Shown here: positions 60,995 through 64,000 of the stretch, one piece after another
Layout of the letters: every line of letters begins with the position of its first letter
How positions within the stretch are numbered: the stretch's first letter is position 1
Source of the DNA: Nitrospira sp.
GTDB lineage: Bacteria; Nitrospirota; Nitrospiria; Nitrospirales; Nitrospiraceae
Length of the DNA stretch: 64,000 nucleotides
Direction: 5' to 3'
Assembly (NCBI GenBank): GCA_005116885.1
Contig: SWDP01000024.1
Coordinates: 4,304-68,303 of the forward strand
Made by a program: the position numbers and the translations under genes
Notes under the pieces: model-generated
What the model saw: the letters and a program-made list of their open reading frames with translations, nothing else
What the model was told of the DNA's origin: nothing
Database searches by the model: none

Positions 60995-61280
60995 AGCTAG
61001 GACCTCCTTGATTCCGTATGCGACAATCGTGTTCCCACCACGAGCTGAATCGCTAATCGCGGCGTCGGTGGTGCTTGCCGCGGCGAGCTACGCGTTGATG
61101 TGGATCGAGTGGACGGCGCAACCAAACCATTGCCAGATCGATGGTCGGGAGGTATACGCTGAGCGACGCCACATTAGCACTAGGCATTTCCCTAGGAATA
61201 TGAAAGAAAGTCGCTAGGGTCTGTACACAATTGAGGGAAGTCAGTACAGTCTGGTTTTTTCTCAGGAGGAACCAGACACG

Positions 61281-61529
61281 ATGTCGCGCACACTACTCAG
61301 AGATGACCAATTGCGGAGTGGCGGCGAAGGACAACCGTCTGTTTATCGAGGCGGTGCTGTGGATTGCGCGAACGGGCAGCCCGTGGCGCGACTTGGATTC
61401 GGCGTTAGGGAACTGGCATGCGACGTATACACGCTTCTCGCGGGGGGAAGAAAGGTGTGTGGCAGCGGATCATCGCGGCGATCCGCCATAATGAGAAAGA
61501 GGAGGGTCAGATCTTGTATCGTGCATAGC
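61281..61529 (+). mobile_element. degenerate IS5-family (IS4/IS5 DUF4096-type OrfA) transposase remnant
   Basis: Three frames carry collinear pieces. These are MSRTLLRDDQ (ATG at 61281), AAKDNRLFIEAVLWIARTGSPWRDLDSALGNWHATYTRFSR, then GKKGVWQRIIAAIRHNEKE...(stop at 61527-61529). There is an internal deletion, there are frameshifts, and no catalytic DDE part follows. Confidence 0.65.
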
Positions 61530-61954
61530 TGCAGGGCATAGCCACGACGTTCGGGCATCATACCACACCCCAACAGATGCCACGAGCAGAAAACCCTATT
61601 TGCTGCTGCGCTCGCCATGCGTCATGCAATGACGGCTCCGGTTCGACTACGCTCATCGCCGCCTCACCTCTTATTCGGCAACCGATCCGCCGCAATAAAT
61701 CGAGCGGACTAATTCGCTCGGCCACTTGTGTGCCCAATCGCCAAATGGTAAGTAGAGGGAAGTGAGACGAGCGAAAGACCGATAGGCTCTTACGAAACGT
61801 CGAGGTCTCTTTCTTTCTCGCCTGGGCCAAGCCGGCAGAGTATTTGGCTGTTCCCTAGGATGGGCATTGGTACGAGAGAAGGGCCGCTACATACTAGGCC
61901 ATAGGCACCATGAAGAGCTTCTCACGCCATAGCCGATGATCGGTAGGGAGCATT

Positions 61955-62269
61955 ATGGAGGGACGTAAACATACCCGTTTTGCGGTACAACTTCCTGTCT
62001 CGTTTAGCGGAGACAGTTTTTCCGAGGAGGGCACGATCTTGAATGTGTCCGCGGAGGGTTGCGCGATCACGTCGGACACCGTCCCTGGCGCCGGAGTCTA
62101 TCTACAATTGACGATGTATCTCCGTGAGCGAGAGGAGCCGATCCAGATCGATCTGGCCGCGGTCCGATGGGTTTCGGCAGCGAGGTTCGGTGTTGAGTTT
62201 ATTAAAATTCGTCCTGAGGCGGGTGAACAGTTAAAGAAATTCGTCAAGGCGATGGAATCGACGACCTGA
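61955..62269 (+). CDS. PilZ-domain protein
   Basis: It carries the RxxxR motif (RKHTR) and the (D/N)xSxxG motif (NVSAEG). Its C-terminal block AAVRWVSAARFGVEFIKI parallels AAVRWSGSGEFGVEFLGL of the PilZ protein at 6830-7153. Confidence 0.75.
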   Translation: MEGRKHTRFAVQLPVSFSGDSFSEEGTILNVSAEGCAITSDTVPGAGVYLQLTMYLREREEPIQIDLAAVRWVSAARFGVEFIKIRPEAGEQLKKFVKAMESTT

Positions 62270-62299
62270 GCAGAGAGGGCCAGGCCGAGATTCAAGCGG

Positions 62300-64000
62300 C
62301 TATTTCATGGCAACGCTTCGAACTTGTTCAAAGATGGTCAGGCCTGCGAGTATTTTCAGAATTCCATCCTGTACAAGTGTCACCATCCCTTCCTTTGCGG
62401 CCAGGCCCTGCATCTCCGTCGTTTTTGCACGGTTCTGTATCAGGTTTCGTAGTTCCTCCGAGCCACATAAGAGTTCGTGTATAGCGACCCGACCCTTGAG
62501 GCCGGTCTGGTTGCAGGTCTCACATCCACGGCCTCGATAGAGCTGAAAATCTTCGCGATAGCCCACTCCGAGTGCTTCCCACGCCTGTTGACCGTATCCA
62601 TGCGCCAGCCGATCGTACTCTTGCACTGTTGGGTGGTACGGCTCTTTACAATTGACGCAGATCCGTTTGCAGAGGCGTTTGGCGAGCACTCCTTGCATGG
62701 CATCGGCGAAGTTGAAGGGATCGCATCCCAAGTCGAGGAGGCGGACCACCGTCTCGACCGCCCCGTTCGTGTGTAATGTGCTCAAGACTAAGTGCCCAGT
62801 CAGCGAGGCCTCGATAGCTACATCGGCAGTTTCCTTGTCCCGCATCTCCCCGATCATGATGATATCTGGGTCGGCTCGTAAGAATGACCGCATGGCGGCG
62901 GCAAAGGTAAACCCGATTTTTGGATGAACCTGCACCTGCCGGAGACCGTCTTGGGTGATCTCGATAGGGTCTTCCGCCGTCCAGATTTTTCGTTCGTCTG
63001 TGTTGAGATGGCGAAGGACGGCGTGCAGAGTTGTGGTCTTTCCGGATCCGGTAGGGCCTACGCACAAGATCATGCCGTGCGGTTTCTCCACGATTTCCAA
63101 CAGCTTCGTGAGCGTGGCTGGAGCAAATTCCATGGCATCGAGAGGGAGGGGTTCCTTCGCTGAGAGCAATCGCATGACCACGTCTTCATTGTTCCCGGCG
63201 GTGGGCACGGTCGCCACGCGCAGCTTGATTTCTCTATCCTGGTTCAGCTTGAAACGGATTTTCCCGTCCTGCGGTTTCCGGCGTTCGGAAATATCCAGAT
63301 TGGACATGATCTTGATACGGGACACCAAGGCTCGGCGATAGATCGCGGGAATCCGCATGTAGGTGGAACAGGTGCCATCCACGCGAAAACGAATGGCCGT
63401 TTCCTTGCGATCCGAATACGGTTCGATATGGATATCGGACGCTTCGTGCCGGTAGGCTTCGACAATGATTTGGTGCGCGAGTCGAACGATCGCAGAATCG
63501 TTCTCGTCAATCCCGTCAGAGTCGGTGTCGCCCAGCTGCTCCTGATGCGCGTCGTTGACCAGCTCGCCCAGTGTGTCCGAGATGGATCCGCTGTCGGTGT
63601 CTCCGATCGTGGCGTTGAGGAACCGCTCAATGTCACACCGCAGGCCCAAGGCATACCGAATCGTCAGGCCAGGGAAGGCGCGTTGGATGTCATGACCTCT
63701 ACTGAGATCATGTGGGTTGTCGATGAGGACATCCAGGATGTCACCCTGCTGCTTCAGTGGGAGCCAGTGATGCTTGCGAAGGTAATCGTGACTGAGATTA
63801 TTGAGGAGTTGGGGGTTTGCCAGGGTCCGTTCGTCGTAGGGAATATAGGGGCAATCGAAAAACATACTCAATGTCTTGCCGAGCGCCGATTTCGGGACTC
63901 GATACTTTTTGATCAACACACCTTCTAAATCGGTCTGTCCTCCCTGAGACTCCTGAACCGCTTTCACCAGATCCGCCTGACGGATGAAGCCTTCATGGAT
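62300..64000 (-). CDS. GspE/PilB-family secretion ATPase with N-terminal T2SSE_N (MshEN-like) domain (5' end probably outside the window)
   Basis: It has Walker A GPTGSGKTTTL, the Asp box, Walker B IIMIGEMRD, the His box LVLSTLHTN and the tetracysteine CxxC...CxxC (CKRICVNC ... CETCNQTG). The reading frame stays open to the window edge upstream of the GTG at 63967. Confidence 0.88.
   Translation of the reverse strand: MHEGFIRQADLVKAVQESQGGQTDLEGVLIKKYRVPKSALGKTLSMFFDCPYIPYDERTLANPQLLNNLSHDYLRKHHWLPLKQQGDILDVLIDNPHDLSRGHDIQRAFPGLTIRYALGLRCDIERFLNATIGDTDSGSISDTLGELVNDAHQEQLGDTDSDGIDENDSAIVRLAHQIIVEAYRHEASDIHIEPYSDRKETAIRFRVDGTCSTYMRIPAIYRRALVSRIKIMSNLDISERRKPQDGKIRFKLNQDREIKLRVATVPTAGNNEDVVMRLLSAKEPLPLDAMEFAPATLTKLLEIVEKPHGMILCVGPTGSGKTTTLHAVLRHLNTDERKIWTAEDPIEITQDGLRQVQVHPKIGFTFAAAMRSFLRADPDIIMIGEMRDKETADVAIEASLTGHLVLSTLHTNGAVETVVRLLDLGCDPFNFADAMQGVLAKRLCKRICVNCKEPYHPTVQEYDRLAHGYGQQAWEALGVGYREDFQLYRGRGCETCNQTGLKGRVAIHELLCGSEELRNLIQNRAKTTEMQGLAAKEGMVTLVQDGILKILAGLTIFEQVRSVAMK

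Noticed and set aside
59727-61000. Long ORFs on both strands (160, 174 and 204 aa) overlapping the NCS1 permease gene
   Set aside because: They are artefacts of high GC3 content (Arg/Gly/Asp/Pro-rich). Only the 567-aa frame gives a coherent polytopic transporter.
61558-61830. 90-aa minus-strand ORF right of the IS remnant, tested as the possible missing 5' part of the PP2C gene
   Set aside because: None of the three minus-strand frames in 61540-61950 contains the PP2C N-terminal signature (..D.G..R..NED..). There is no SD and no recognisable family.

Overview
This 64-kb window is mostly housekeeping chromosome. Its gene content reads like a Nitrospira-type (Nitrospirota) genome; that assignment is an inference, since no database search was possible.

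Main blocks, left to right:
- An ISC Fe-S cluster (iscR-iscS-iscU, with a divergent fdx).
- A Glu/Gln decoding cluster: gltX, two tRNA-Gln, glnS and tRNA-Glu.
- A polyamine module: a deoxyhypusine-synthase-like gene, pdaD and speB.
- priA.
- The replication-origin block: dciA, gyrA, gyrB, dnaN, dnaA and a putative oriC.
- A low-GC DsrE/F/H-like trio.
- hisS and a long ThyX-like gene.
- A small toxin-antitoxin islet.
- A CHASE3 two-component pair.
- A 12-gene nuo (complex I) operon with two nuoM copies and no nuoE/F/H.
- A decayed PP2C phosphatase gene next to a GC-rich segment holding an NCS1 permease and an IS remnant.
- A PilZ gene next to a GspE/PilB-like ATPase.

Structure not explained by the genes:
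1. Two families of about 125-190-bp MITE-like elements with terminal inverted repeats, seven copies in total. Most sit 11-28 nt upstream of start codons or touch stop codons. Two family-A copies in inverted orientation bracket an uncharacterised 196-aa gene.
2. Arrays of GTGAAGC-like heptamers forming inverted repeats at three junctions inside the nuo operon. One array is translated as a tail of NuoM.
3. A PriA homologue whose Walker A, DExH and arginine-finger motifs are all degenerate while its zinc-finger cysteines are intact.

I found no CRISPR array, rRNA, tmRNA or intact transposase. No clearly novel multi-gene system can be proven from sequence alone. The best candidates for follow-up are the repeat-bracketed gene plus TA islet at 37.36-39.7 kb and the repeat families themselves.
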